From positions 1-64,000 of IMG/VR virus record IMGVR_UViG_3300033146_003076: DNA of 64,000 bases; one strand, given 5' to 3'. This document shows positions 29,725 through 39,259 of this stretch, in pieces. A program made the position numbers and the translations under genes. The notes beneath the pieces are model-generated. The model searched no databases, was not told where the DNA came from, and worked only from the letters and a program-made list of their open reading frames with translations. The stretch's first letter is position 1. Every line of letters starts with the position of its first letter. Origin of the DNA: a virus.

Positions 29725-30019
29725 AGTATACTTTTTGATTTCCTCTTATTCTTTTCTTCACACTTCCTTCTTCAATAAGTTTTGCTAATAGATCCATAAC
29801 ATAAATCACATTTTTTGTTTGTATTAAATTCATTATTTGTGTTAATCCTAAATCACTTGAATCGTATAATACTTTTTTTATTGCTAATTCTCTGTTATGA
29901 ACCCAAATTGTGTGATAATAATTTCCTCTTTTCTGAAGTGCGGGTTCATTTTTATGTTTATTAATATATCTTTTCATATAATAATAATAAGCAATCTTAG
30001 TTATGAATACTCCAGACAT
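29657..30019 (-). CDS. Putative winged-HTH protein
   Basis: LGLTQI...LAKLIEEGSVKK....KVYY. Confidence 0.45.
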   Translation of the reverse strand: MSGVFITKIAYYYYMKRYINKHKNEPALQKRGNYYHTIWVHNRELAIKKVLYDSSDLGLTQIMNLIQTKNVIYVMDLLAKLIEEGSVKKRIRGNQKVYYVDKPTFTYEKRKSRYNLRTIA

Positions 30020-30576
30020 TATATTTTATCTTCATCATCATCAAGATTAACATACAATAATGCTCCAACTGGTCCATCTTCCACACTTAATGAATCCACA
30101 ATAAATTCGTATTCTCTGTTTAAGTTAATAAATTTATCTTTGAATTCTTTACTTAATGCTTTACATAACATCTTTTTTGTATATTCTCTTATCTGTGATA
30201 TTTTACTTAATGTTTTATCTCTTATAATGAGTTTATTTCCTAAGAAGTTTTTCCCATCATATAATGGTTTTGTTAATTCATTTGAACTACTTTCTGTCAT
30301 AAATTTTACAACTTTCTCTCTTATCCTTCTATTTCTTATGGAATATTTTTCTTCTCTCAAATTAACATCTGCTAATACTTCCAACAATTTACTTGATGAA
30401 TATCCTTTGTATGGATTAATTTGATATATTTTTCCTAATTCTTTTTCAGTTTCTTTTTTCACTAATTCATAACCTAATTGTTTTGCCATATCTTTAACTA
30501 ATTCTAATGTTTTATTTACTTTTTCTTTTGCCATTTTATTTCCTCTCATGTATCCCTTTTTCTTCTGGATATACAT
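30019..30576 (-). CDS. Hypothetical protein
   Basis: ORF; start probably MAKEK after a GAGG RBS. Confidence 0.45.
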   Translation of the reverse strand: MYIQKKKGYMRGNKMAKEKVNKTLELVKDMAKQLGYELVKKETEKELGKIYQINPYKGYSSSKLLEVLADVNLREEKYSIRNRRIREKVVKFMTESSSNELTKPLYDGKNFLGNKLIIRDKTLSKISQIREYTKKMLCKALSKEFKDKFINLNREYEFIVDSLSVEDGPVGALLYVNLDDDEDKI

Positions 30577-31039
30577 TTTTTAACATTCTTATTTCTGTAT
30601 CATAATAAAGTCCATGAATATAATCTACTAATTTGTATAGCTTTTTATTAAAACTTCTTTTTGCATATCTTATTTGTGTACTATCTAAAAGATGTTTTAT
30701 CTCGTCGCTGATATTAAGTAGTTCAAATTTAGGTTCTGACTTTGTGTCAACATAAACCTTTGTATCCCAAAATTTATGGTATGAATTAATACATTCAAAT
30801 ACTAAATTTGCCACATCTGTTTTTACATCTTTTACATCTTTTGCATCATATTTTTTTATGTAGTAATGTTTAAGTAAAGAGTGTTTATCTCCCATATCTT
30901 CAAAGAAGTTTTTACATCCACTTTTTATAATAAGGTCTATATTAAAATTCCTTAATACATTATTATCTACTGCTATAATACAACAACTTATTGGTCCAAA
31001 CTTTGCTTCTGCTCCTTTAACTGTTACTAATAGTTTCAT
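30536..31039 (-). CDS. Divergent, probably inactive RNase HII-like protein
   Basis: FGPISCCIIAV, SGCK, VYVD and YYDTEI..LK..Y are colinear with RNase HII motifs, but the GIDEAGRG acidic residues are missing. Confidence 0.45.
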   Translation of the reverse strand: MKLLVTVKGAEAKFGPISCCIIAVDNNVLRNFNIDLIIKSGCKNFFEDMGDKHSLLKHYYIKKYDAKDVKDVKTDVANLVFECINSYHKFWDTKVYVDTKSEPKFELLNISDEIKHLLDSTQIRYAKRSFNKKLYKLVDYIHGLYYDTEIRMLKNVYPEEKGIHERK

Positions 31040-31386
31040 CTTGTTTTCCTCATATCTTCAGGGATCATATTAATTATTCTTGCTGATGATGTTAAGTAGG
31101 TCATTGTCCCTTTAGTACATTTAGCACTGAATGTTATTTTGTTTAATTTAAATAAATGTCCTTCTAAAAATATATCTTTTTTACGTAAATCTTCAAGTGA
31201 TAATACAAACTCTTTTTTACAGTATTTACACCATACTTTAATATTTTTATTATTCTTTCTATAATTAATAACTAATCTACAATGCCTATTTTTCATAGGG
31301 TCAATTTTTTTATCTAACGCCATTTTCTCGTTAAATTGTATTGCTGTTTTGTTTGTGTTTATCTTAAAATATTTTTTCTCAGACAT
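31036..31386 (-). CDS. Hypothetical protein
   Basis: ORF with CKYC. Confidence 0.4.
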   Translation of the reverse strand: MSEKKYFKINTNKTAIQFNEKMALDKKIDPMKNRHCRLVINYRKNNKNIKVWCKYCKKEFVLSLEDLRKKDIFLEGHLFKLNKITFSAKCTKGTMTYLTSSARIINMIPEDMRKTR

Positions 31387-31861
31387 TTTCTAGTATTTCC
31401 TCTCTTCTTTTTTTGTTTGCATCCACAATCCTAACTTCTAAATTTGGTGGATATTTCTTTTTTTTCTCTTCTAACATTTCAATTGTTTCACTTTTTATTA
31501 CTTCAAATATTATCCCTCTTGTAATGTCTAAAATATCTGCTCTTCCATTATTAATAAATATTGGTTCAACTAAAACATCGTATCCTTTTTTTCTTAATTC
31601 TTTGAATACTTCAAATTTAGTATCTTCGTGCAAATCTGTATTATTTGGATAATAAATGAAATGATTAATATAACTTCCACTTTTGTTTGAAAATCTTATC
31701 AATCTTAATATTTCGTTTTGTTTGAATTGTTTTGTTTCTTTTTTTCTGTTAACCATTCTTTCATAAGATTTTTGTTTAGCAAGTTTTGCTTTTTCTAATC
31801 TTTTGTTGAATAGTTCTTGGTTCAAATTATTCCTCCTATGTGTCCAACATGGAACGAACAA
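31379..31861 (-). CDS. PD-(D/E)xK-like nuclease
   Basis: HE..K...GY...VE...GRADI....IFEV..SE. Confidence 0.55.
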   Translation of the reverse strand: MFVPCWTHRRNNLNQELFNKRLEKAKLAKQKSYERMVNRKKETKQFKQNEILRLIRFSNKSGSYINHFIYYPNNTDLHEDTKFEVFKELRKKGYDVLVEPIFINNGRADILDITRGIIFEVIKSETIEMLEEKKKKYPPNLEVRIVDANKKRREEILENV

Positions 31862-32460
31862 TCTATTGCTACTGTGTATTTGTTTTCTTTCATTACTTTA
31901 AAGAAGAAATATGTGTCCTCTCCAATAATGTTTCCATCAATGTTTTCACATCTGAATGCGAATGAATGTTTTTCTCTTATTAAAGAAGGGATTGTTGTAG
32001 GCATTAAACACATACCTAATCCTGGACAACCACATTCCAAATACTTTTCTTCTTTTTTTACTAATTCAGGATTAATTTTAGTCATAATAGGGATAGAGAT
32101 TTCTTCATTAAAGTTATATGCTACAACTTGTCCTGGTTCTGTTCTACTATTATACCAACCCCCAACAATATCAAATTCAGAGAACATTGCTTTTCTAACA
32201 AAATTTTCTAATTCAATTACATCAAATTGGTGATCAGAATCAATCCACAGTATATAATCACATTTCTTTTTTATTGCTTCATCAACGATCATGTTTCTTG
32301 CTGTATCAACAAAACAGCTATCAATTGTAATAATTTCATAATCATCAAATTTATCTGCAAATAAATCTTTAATGTGTAAGTGTCTTTGTAGTCCCATGAT
32401 TGATGTAACTGCTTGTGTTGGCACTTGTTTATACATTGGTATCCCTATTGCAATTTTCAT
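31822..32460 (-). CDS. GT-A (family 2-like) glycosyltransferase
   Basis: IAIGIP, ARN, ILWIDSD (DxD), GED..F, VGHIG. Confidence 0.85.
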   Translation of the reverse strand: MKIAIGIPMYKQVPTQAVTSIMGLQRHLHIKDLFADKFDDYEIITIDSCFVDTARNMIVDEAIKKKCDYILWIDSDHQFDVIELENFVRKAMFSEFDIVGGWYNSRTEPGQVVAYNFNEEISIPIMTKINPELVKKEEKYLECGCPGLGMCLMPTTIPSLIREKHSFAFRCENIDGNIIGEDTYFFFKVMKENKYTVAIDCSFHVGHIGGII

Positions 32461-32462
32461 TT

Positions 32463-32663
32463 TTATTCTTTAATTTCTTGAACTTCTACTGCTTCAACTG
32501 GTCCGTCTTCTTCTGGATTATTTTGTGCTTCTTGTTCTTGTTTTGCTCGTTCAACTAATACTTTATACAATTCTTGATGTTGATTTTGTTTGTATCTTAT
32601 TTCTTCGTTTAAATCAAATAATAATACTTTAATATCTTTTGTTTCTAATTTATTTACGTCCAT
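32463..32663 (-). CDS. Hypothetical protein
   Basis: GAGGT RBS. Confidence 0.45.
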   Translation of the reverse strand: MDVNKLETKDIKVLLFDLNEEIRYKQNQHQELYKVLVERAKQEQEAQNNPEEDGPVEAVEVQEIKE

Positions 32664-32685
32664 TTTCTTTTTACCTCACTTGTTT

Positions 32686-33408
32686 TTAATTTTGAATTCC
32701 ACGTTGTAGATCTGATGTGTCTTGGTTTCTTAATGCGAATAATAATTTTTCTGCATTGATTACTTTATCTAATGGTAATGTTTTTAGTATTGTTATACAT
32801 CTTCCTATTGTTTCTTCTTTCATTCCTTTTTTTATGTATGGATTACCTTTTGATACAAGTTCATCTTTTCTATCTTGAATATGTTCTCTTAATTGTTTAC
32901 AAGTCCATCTTTCATCAATACCTTCTTTTTCCAGCATTTCTCTTTCTAATGGATTAAGTCCGTGTTTTTCTAATTCGAAATAATATTCCCAGAAAATACT
33001 TCCATCTTTCTTTTTGTATGGTTTAATTTGTGTTTCTATATTATCTTCTTGAGAATTAATATATTCAATTAATTCTGGTCGTCTATTAATTAATCTCATA
33101 CCTTGCCAGATTCTATCAATTGAAACGAATTGTTTTAAGTCAGGGTGTTGTCTAACTTTATTTAATATATCCTTAATACTTTCTTTTGGAAAATCACTTG
33201 TTATTCCTTTAATCATCATACACAATTTAATTGTATTATTCTGAATTAATTCTACATGTTTATTCCATTCAACAATTATCTTTTCAACAACTTCATTAAT
33301 TTCTGTTGTTGTTATTTCTCTTGTTTGTTTTTTGTTATAAATTACTGCTTCTTTCACTGGTTGTTCTTCGACTATTTGTTGTCCTGTTGTTGGTTGTTCT
33401 TCTTCCAT
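32686..33408 (-). CDS. DUF1016/YhcG N-terminal-like helical protein
   Basis: IFWEYYFEL...ERE.....E.WT.KQLR.HI resembles the YhcG_N signature. Confidence 0.4.
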   Translation of the reverse strand: MEEEQPTTGQQIVEEQPVKEAVIYNKKQTREITTTEINEVVEKIIVEWNKHVELIQNNTIKLCMMIKGITSDFPKESIKDILNKVRQHPDLKQFVSIDRIWQGMRLINRRPELIEYINSQEDNIETQIKPYKKKDGSIFWEYYFELEKHGLNPLEREMLEKEGIDERWTCKQLREHIQDRKDELVSKGNPYIKKGMKEETIGRCITILKTLPLDKVINAEKLLFALRNQDTSDLQRGIQN

Positions 33409-33411
33409 TTT

Positions 33412-33975
33412 TTAGTATCCCTCAATTTCCATCCTGACTTCTTTTTGTGCTTTATATAATTTCTTTGTTATTTCTTTTAATGCATCGCACCAATTATCAT
33501 CAAAACTTGCTCCTTTGTTTAATGATGCTAATGCGTATGATTCTGCTATAATCCCACAAGCATTATTGAAAGCCATTCCAAAAGAAAATTTATCTGCTTC
33601 CATTGCTTTATAATCTGGGTTTATTTTTGGTTTGAATGCAGGTTTCTGTGTAATTTGTGTTTCTTCTTTTTTTACTGGCATTGTAACCCCATTGTCTAAA
33701 GTATCTTGTTTATCTGTATCACTACTCATACTAACAGATTCAACTATTGATTCTACGTTTCTAAATATTGTGGGATTTCCATTATATACACTTTCTGTTT
33801 CTTTGTAAACTACTTGAACAGTGCTTCCTACATTTATTTCTATACCCATTTCATAATCCCAACAAGAATATTTATGTCCATCTATTGTGAATTTGATATA
33901 TTTTGCTCCTTTCTTGTTAAGTTTTTCTTCTTTTTCTTGTACAATTCCACTCATTTGTTTTACAATTTGTTCCAT
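33412..33975 (-). CDS. OB-fold ssDNA-binding-like protein
   Basis: K..KKG..Y.KF.IDG..YS.WD...G..V.V.YKE...FRN. Confidence 0.45.
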   Translation of the reverse strand: MEQIVKQMSGIVQEKEEKLNKKGAKYIKFTIDGHKYSCWDYEMGIEINVGSTVQVVYKETESVYNGNPTIFRNVESIVESVSMSSDTDKQDTLDNGVTMPVKKEETQITQKPAFKPKINPDYKAMEADKFSFGMAFNNACGIIAESYALASLNKGASFDDNWCDALKEITKKLYKAQKEVRMEIEGY

Positions 33976-33987
33976 TTTATTGACCTC

Positions 33988-34308
33988 TTAACCCATATAA
34001 CTTGGGGTTAGTTTATTTTCTTTTTCAACTTTATTTTGATTTTTTATAAAATAATTTGCATCTTTCTTTTCTACTTTAATTTTTCTACTATTTAATTTAC
34101 CATGGTATACTCCTGATAATAAACTCATAGCAAATATTGTTTCCAGTTTTTTCTGATCTTCTGGATCTAATTGTGCTTCAATGTTCCCATAATATTTCCA
34201 GAAATCTTTTATTTTGAATGGTGTTTGTTCCATGTAATCTGTAACAATTTTAGTAAAATCTGTTACATTTTTTAATACAATATACTTCTCTTCTTTTTTC
34301 TTTTCCAT
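33988..34308 (-). CDS. Hypothetical protein
   Basis: Start reassigned to the ATG at 34308, after GAGG. Confidence 0.45.
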   Translation of the reverse strand: MEKKKEEKYIVLKNVTDFTKIVTDYMEQTPFKIKDFWKYYGNIEAQLDPEDQKKLETIFAMSLLSGVYHGKLNSRKIKVEKKDANYFIKNQNKVEKENKLTPSYMG

Positions 34309-34317
34309 TTTTGCCTC

Positions 34318-34366
34318 AACTGGTGTCAACACCAACTACATAAATCTCTATCTATATAAATGTTTT
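34318..34366 (-). promoter_or_regulatory. TATA promoter (34353-34360) with Box A palindrome just downstream (34318-34337)
   Basis: The - strand reads AAAACATTTATATA...AGTTGGTGTTGACACCAGTT. Confidence 0.6.
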
Positions 34367-34654
34367 GATTTTTTCGGAGTTGGCACAACTTGAGCAAAGG
34401 AATTGTGTAACTTTTATTTTCCTTCCTTTCTTAGTCTCTTCACTATTATATATCTCCCTTACAGTCTTTTTACCACATTTAGGACATATAGAGGGTTTAT
34501 CTTGATTAAATGTGTTGAATATTGTCACATTATAATGTTCTTTTAAACAGTACTTGCATACTTTCACATCTTTATTTTTATATTTTAAACAGTATGTTAA
34601 TGTTTCTTTTCCACAGTTATCACATTTCCTAATAATTGATCCGTGTATTTCCAT
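34352..34654 (-). CDS. Double zinc-ribbon protein
   Basis: Four CxxC pairs. Confidence 0.6.
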   Translation of the reverse strand: MEIHGSIIRKCDNCGKETLTYCLKYKNKDVKVCKYCLKEHYNVTIFNTFNQDKPSICPKCGKKTVREIYNSEETKKGRKIKVTQFLCSSCANSEKIKTFI

Positions 34655-34657
34655 TTT

Positions 34658-34900
34658 TTATTTCCATGCTTCTCTTATTGTTTTCAGACATTTTGTTAAT
34701 CTTATTAATTCTTTTGCTTGATAATTATTTTTTTTAGTTAGTTTATCTCTTGATACTTTTAATCTATTAAATATCTTTTTACTTATACTTTCTTCTTGTA
34801 TTATTTCTAATAATATTTTAATATCTTTTTTTATATTTTCATCTATTGTTGTGTATTTCAATATTCTTTCTATTTTTCCTTTATTTCTTGCTGTAGTCAT
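34658..34900 (-). CDS. Hypothetical protein
   Basis: ORF; start probably MTTAR. Confidence 0.4.
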   Translation of the reverse strand: MTTARNKGKIERILKYTTIDENIKKDIKILLEIIQEESISKKIFNRLKVSRDKLTKKNNYQAKELIRLTKCLKTIREAWK

Positions 34901-35060
34901 TTTTCTGAAAATAAAAACCAAAAGACAAGAGACAATCAAATAAGAGAGAGGGGTTTTTTTTATTGTCTTTTGGTCATCTCTTTATTAAAGAGTATAAAGG
35001 GAAGGATAAGGTAAAGAGGTCTAAACCCTACCCTTCCTGATGATGAATGAGTTTTTTAAA

Positions 35061-35912
35061 TTATATTTTACTTATTCTTGTTTTAAACAATCTTGCTGTT
35101 AATTTACCAATAGCTTTTATTGCTGCTTGACTTTCTACTATTTCTCCTTTTGCTTCTCTTAATACATCTTCCATCATTGCTTTAATGACTTTTCCTGTAT
35201 CTTCAATTTTATCAGTGTTATCTAACTTATCAAGAACATGTGTTAATCTCATTGGAGTGACCCATTCTTCAGCAATTTCTTCTGCTTCTTTTAATATTTT
35301 AAGTTGTTCTGGGTCAACTTCTCGAGGAGTTTTAGTTTCCATGAATTCATTTCTTTTATGTTTTGTAATAACCCTATTACCTCTTTTATCAGTAAATTCT
35401 TCCAAAGGTTTAATCACAATCCCTTCTCTTATTTTATCAGTTCCACAACCCCTTTTCATAGCTACAATTGATGGTGAATCTTTTTCTTTGTTTAATAATT
35501 CTAAACTTGTTGATATTTTTTTATATGGTACAAATTCAAGATTTAACTTATTTGCAACATCTTTAGCATTAGGAACATTTAACCAAGCAGTATCTATTTT
35601 AACTTCAAACACAATAAACATTGGTTCTTTACCATAGGTTCCACTCATGGCTTGTTGCTTTCCACCGTATTGTTCTCCATAAATTGTAACATTTATATCT
35701 TCAAATTGTTCCATAAAACAGTTGTGTAATTCAGTGGTATTAAAAATACTCACAAATGTTTCATATTTACATCCACCAGAATGAAAAAATATAGTGTTGT
35801 TTTTCCACTGGAGTCTTGCTGAAGTACCATGAACCTTTTCCATAGCATAACATTCTTTAAAATTAAAAATTCTATCATCTTTGTACAAATTTTGGATATG
35901 GAGGTAACCCAT
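35061..35912 (-). CDS. RNA ligase, Rnl2 family
   Basis: Motif I EKVHGT, IYGE, FEV, motif IV EGIVIKP, motif V KHKRNEF.E and an RL..VL.K C-domain. Confidence 0.85.
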   Translation of the reverse strand: MGYLHIQNLYKDDRIFNFKECYAMEKVHGTSARLQWKNNTIFFHSGGCKYETFVSIFNTTELHNCFMEQFEDINVTIYGEQYGGKQQAMSGTYGKEPMFIVFEVKIDTAWLNVPNAKDVANKLNLEFVPYKKISTSLELLNKEKDSPSIVAMKRGCGTDKIREGIVIKPLEEFTDKRGNRVITKHKRNEFMETKTPREVDPEQLKILKEAEEIAEEWVTPMRLTHVLDKLDNTDKIEDTGKVIKAMMEDVLREAKGEIVESQAAIKAIGKLTARLFKTRISKI

Positions 35913-35978
35913 TTTATTTCACCTTTTTTTTGTATGAATTTACTTCTTTCCATAAATGTTCACATTTATTCATTTTTA

Positions 35979-36191
35979 TTAACCTCTTGTAATATTTTGT
36001 AAAGGACTGTGTATTATTTTCTCAATATGATTAACCGAGTTATTATAATGATGATAATAAGAAGTATTATAATGGTCAACCACTACAACCTCTTTACAAT
36101 CAATTTCTGTTGTCTTAATATTCATAATGAATAAAGACTGAAAAATAATAAAAAGTGTTAAACATAAGATTATAATTTTATCAAAGTTCAT
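35979..36191 (-). CDS. Small membrane protein
   Basis: N-terminal TM segment. Confidence 0.4.
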   Translation of the reverse strand: MNFDKIIILCLTLFIIFQSLFIMNIKTTEIDCKEVVVVDHYNTSYYHHYNNSVNHIEKIIHSPLQNITRG

Positions 36192-37072
36192 TTTAACTCC
36201 TTGTTTATGAATTCATTAAAATATTCAATACCTATATGGAATCCTGCTGCATTTTTATGCCCACCACCACCAAATTCTTTTGCAATAATACTAACATCCA
36301 ATTCACCAATACTGTTTAATCCAAATATTACTTTATCTTTATTAAAACCATATTTTAAGGCAATATCATAACCATTATTACAAATCATATTTCCTAATAA
36401 TGATCCATCATATATATTACTATTATTAATAAATAATGTTTTTTTGTTTCTAAATGTTACGGGTAATCCAGTACTAATAATTTTTTCAATTCTTTCTTTT
36501 TTTAGTTCAAATAACATTTTACCTTTTTCAAGTAATGGTTCCATCTTATTTGTATCACTATTAGTTATTAATTCAATCCATCTTTCAATGGACCAGTTTT
36601 TGTTTAGTTCTGCAAACCAGTGTGTTTTTTCTCCTAGTTTATGTTGCCACCTATCATAATCATCAACCAAGTTTATTTCTTTTGTGCTGGTCCTCGTTTT
36701 ATACAAATATTCATATGTTAATAACGCTCCACACCGATCTAAATTTCTTATTCCTGGTTGGTTAATATCTTCCCACATTTCTTCTAATTTTTCTTTTGCT
36801 GATTTATGATGATCACACCATACTAAATAATAATTATTTTTTATTGTTTCCATTTCTTCTTTTTCTAATGAAAAATCAACAATAAAAACCATATCATAAT
36901 GAGGCACTGTTTCATTTACTAATAAATGTTTTAATTTATCTTTATAATTAGTATATCCCACTTCTATTAATTCACAAGTATGGTTTTCTATATTCATATA
37001 ATTCTTAACTATTGCTCCGGCTAATTTCCCATCAGAATCGTTATGATGTATACATAGTATCTTTTTATTCAT
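36188..37072 (-). CDS. DHH/DHHA1 phosphoesterase
   Basis: H..D.DG, VDFS, CDHH, DYDRW, GGGGHKNAAGF. Confidence 0.92.
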   Translation of the reverse strand: MNKKILCIHHNDSDGKLAGAIVKNYMNIENHTCELIEVGYTNYKDKLKHLLVNETVPHYDMVFIVDFSLEKEEMETIKNNYYLVWCDHHKSAKEKLEEMWEDINQPGIRNLDRCGALLTYEYLYKTRTSTKEINLVDDYDRWQHKLGEKTHWFAELNKNWSIERWIELITNSDTNKMEPLLEKGKMLFELKKERIEKIISTGLPVTFRNKKTLFINNSNIYDGSLLGNMICNNGYDIALKYGFNKDKVIFGLNSIGELDVSIIAKEFGGGGHKNAAGFHIGIEYFNEFINKELK

Positions 37073-37272
37073 TTTTTCCCTCTTATTTCTTCAATGGTGT
37101 CGTAAACAGCTTTTTGCAATTTATTATTACACTCACAACAAACATCTCTGTATTGTTGTTTATCCACACCTACAATAAATTCACTATAACCTGGTTGATT
37201 AAAATATATTTCTACAAATACCATGCCATCTCCCATTTTCTTCCCACATAAATCACATGTTATTACTTTCAT
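37069..37272 (-). CDS. Zinc-finger protein
   Basis: CDLCG...CCEC. Confidence 0.5.
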   Translation of the reverse strand: MKVITCDLCGKKMGDGMVFVEIYFNQPGYSEFIVGVDKQQYRDVCCECNNKLQKAVYDTIEEIRGKK

Positions 37273-37547
37273 TTTCTGTCCAACGCAGCAGTACCTTTTC
37301 TGCTCAACAATCCATCTTGTTGTAATGTTTCCATTACCATCTGTAATGTTTCTTTATCAACAGATTTCATAAATGATGCTTGACTGTGTTGTTTCATAAT
37401 TGGATATCTTTGTCCTAATAATTCTAACGCTGCAGCACCTTTTAATTCTTCTGAAGTCTTAGAATATGGGTCAATCCCTAAAGCATCTAACACATCACTT
37501 ATTGCTCTTGCTTTGTCCACTAATGTATCTTTTTTAAACCATACCAT
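37269..37547 (-). CDS. Hypothetical protein
   Basis: ORF with GAGGT RBS. Confidence 0.45.
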   Translation of the reverse strand: MVWFKKDTLVDKARAISDVLDALGIDPYSKTSEELKGAAALELLGQRYPIMKQHSQASFMKSVDKETLQMVMETLQQDGLLSRKGTAALDRK

Positions 37548-37549
37548 TT

Positions 37550-37831
37550 TTATTTTACCTCTTGATTATTTAATTTATTCAGCTTGTAAGAAAACATACT
37601 AGCATATCTGTTCCATGTTTGATGTTTAACAGCCAAATATCCTAATCTTTCATAATTAGGTTGTTCATGTAACTGTTCGTGTGCGTGTTTCTTTGCATAC
37701 TTCTGTTCAAAATCATAATATATTTGAGATATATCTAACTCTGGTGCTGCTGTTAATAATCTCTCAATCCCATCTACTCTTCCTTGTCTCATTCTAATTT
37801 TCCTCAATCCATTCTCTAAAAATATCTTCAA
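37550..37831 (-). CDS. Hypothetical protein
   Basis: ORF only. Confidence 0.4.
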   Translation of the reverse strand: MKIFLENGLRKIRMRQGRVDGIERLLTAAPELDISQIYYDFEQKYAKKHAHEQLHEQPNYERLGYLAVKHQTWNRYASMFSYKLNKLNNQEVK

Positions 37832-38124
37832 TTGTCATTCTTGATTATTTCTAATATTTTTTTCTTTAAAATCACTCTATCATTTTTCCTTTGATTGATA
37901 ACTGCTTTAAGTTCGTGATATTCTGTATATGCTAAAACCCTTGATGTAAGTTTTGATAAATTAAACATATCTAACATACTAATTTTTAAAGTTACCTTAG
38001 GGTTTTTAATATCAAATGCTGGTAAAACAGTATCAATAAATTTATCTACTGTAAAACTTTCATTCTTTCTGATACGACCTTTAGACCGTTCACCTACTTG
38101 TACAAATTTTGTTGTATTAACCAT
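37828..38124 (-). CDS. Hypothetical protein
   Basis: Start probably MVNTT after GGAGG. Confidence 0.4.
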   Translation of the reverse strand: MVNTTKFVQVGERSKGRIRKNESFTVDKFIDTVLPAFDIKNPKVTLKISMLDMFNLSKLTSRVLAYTEYHELKAVINQRKNDRVILKKKILEIIKNDN

Positions 38125-38125
38125 T

Positions 38126-38308
38126 TTATTTTTCCTCCAATTCATTATCATCCATATAATTGTATTTCCAGTCTCCTTTAGCTTCTGCTTGAACAGCTTG
38201 CCTAAAGAAATATGTCAAATTAATTCCTCTCTTATTTAATTTATCTTTCATAGATTTTTCTAAGTCCATTGAAATTTTTATTAAGTTTTTAAATATTTTT
38301 GTTACCAT
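38126..38308 (-). CDS. Ribbon-helix-helix-like regulator
   Basis: IKISMDL...KL...GIN....FRQAV. Confidence 0.45.
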   Translation of the reverse strand: MVTKIFKNLIKISMDLEKSMKDKLNKRGINLTYFFRQAVQAEAKGDWKYNYMDDNELEEK

Positions 38309-38559
38309 GTTTTTCTTTCTTCCATATATTTAACTAACATATCATCAACATCATCTTCTGGATTTTCTTCTATGTATTCTTCCTTTTCTTCTCTTAATAT
38401 TTCTTCTTTTTGTCTTAAAAGTGAATGTTCATAATGCATTGTTTCCAGCGTGTCTATTATGTCATCTGCGTTATCTTCTGTTATGAAATATAGATCTGCC
38501 ATTGTATTAACTAAACATTGGACTTGCTTTTTTAAGTGTTTTAAAATAATTTCTTCCAT
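38302..38559 (-). CDS. Hypothetical protein (leaderless)
   Basis: TATA box about 21 nt upstream of the ATG. Confidence 0.5.
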   Translation of the reverse strand: MEEIILKHLKKQVQCLVNTMADLYFITEDNADDIIDTLETMHYEHSLLRQKEEILREEKEEYIEENPEDDVDDMLVKYMEERKTW

Positions 38560-38580
38560 ACCAACCCTATATATAGCCTA

Positions 38581-38626
38581 TATATAAATGTTTCGTTTTT
38601 AGAATTTGTTGATGTTAACACTAACT
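38581..38626 (-). promoter_or_regulatory. BRE/TATA promoter with upstream Box A palindrome
   Basis: CGAAACATTTATATA on the - strand; palindrome variant at 38607-38626. Confidence 0.6.
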
Positions 38627-38804
38627 TTCAAAAATAAAAAGAAAAAAAAGAAAAAAAAGTTAGCCAGAATTGATTAATTTGGCCCAGACTATTTAAAGGT
38701 TTTGTTAATTATCATTAAATTCTATTTCCACATCTGACAAATCTGTTTCTTCTCTAACAAGTTCACCTTGTTTGTAATATAAATTTATACTTTTCATTTT
38801 TAAA

Positions 38805-39080
38805 TCACCTGTTAAATCTTTTATTATAAGCGTCACAATCATTATTGTATTCTATATGTCTATGGGTACAATCATGTTTAGTTATTGCACAGTAGCCATA
38901 GTAACTCTTATTATCATAATGTGGTTCTCTAAGGTATCCACACATGTTCATATCTTTCTGTGCATGTTTTAACATTTCTCCAACATCTACCTTATGTCCA
39001 GGGTATGATTCTTTAACTATATCATTAAGATGTTGATTATGTTTTCTATCCTTGTTTGCTTTTCTTCTATTCTTTGTCAT
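38805..39080 (-). CDS. Cys-rich hypothetical protein
   Basis: ORF only. Confidence 0.4.
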   Translation of the reverse strand: MTKNRRKANKDRKHNQHLNDIVKESYPGHKVDVGEMLKHAQKDMNMCGYLREPHYDNKSYYGYCAITKHDCTHRHIEYNNDCDAYNKRFNR

Positions 39081-39259
39081 CTCTTAACACCCATTCTAAT
39101 AATGCCACAGCACGTTCTACTAACTCTGTGAAACTTTCTTCATAATCAATAGGATTTTTATTATGTCTTTTTAATTCTTCTTGATACATCACTAATCTTT
39201 CAGTTATTTCAGTTTTAGTTTTCATCTTCTATTCTTTCTACATATATTATTTTATAAGT

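Noticed and set aside
34915-35040. tRNA or other known ncRNA in intergenic stem-loops (also 42880-42950 and 46972-47045)
   Set aside because: They are simple stems with long loops and lack a cloverleaf or T-loop consensus; probably terminator or stability hairpins.
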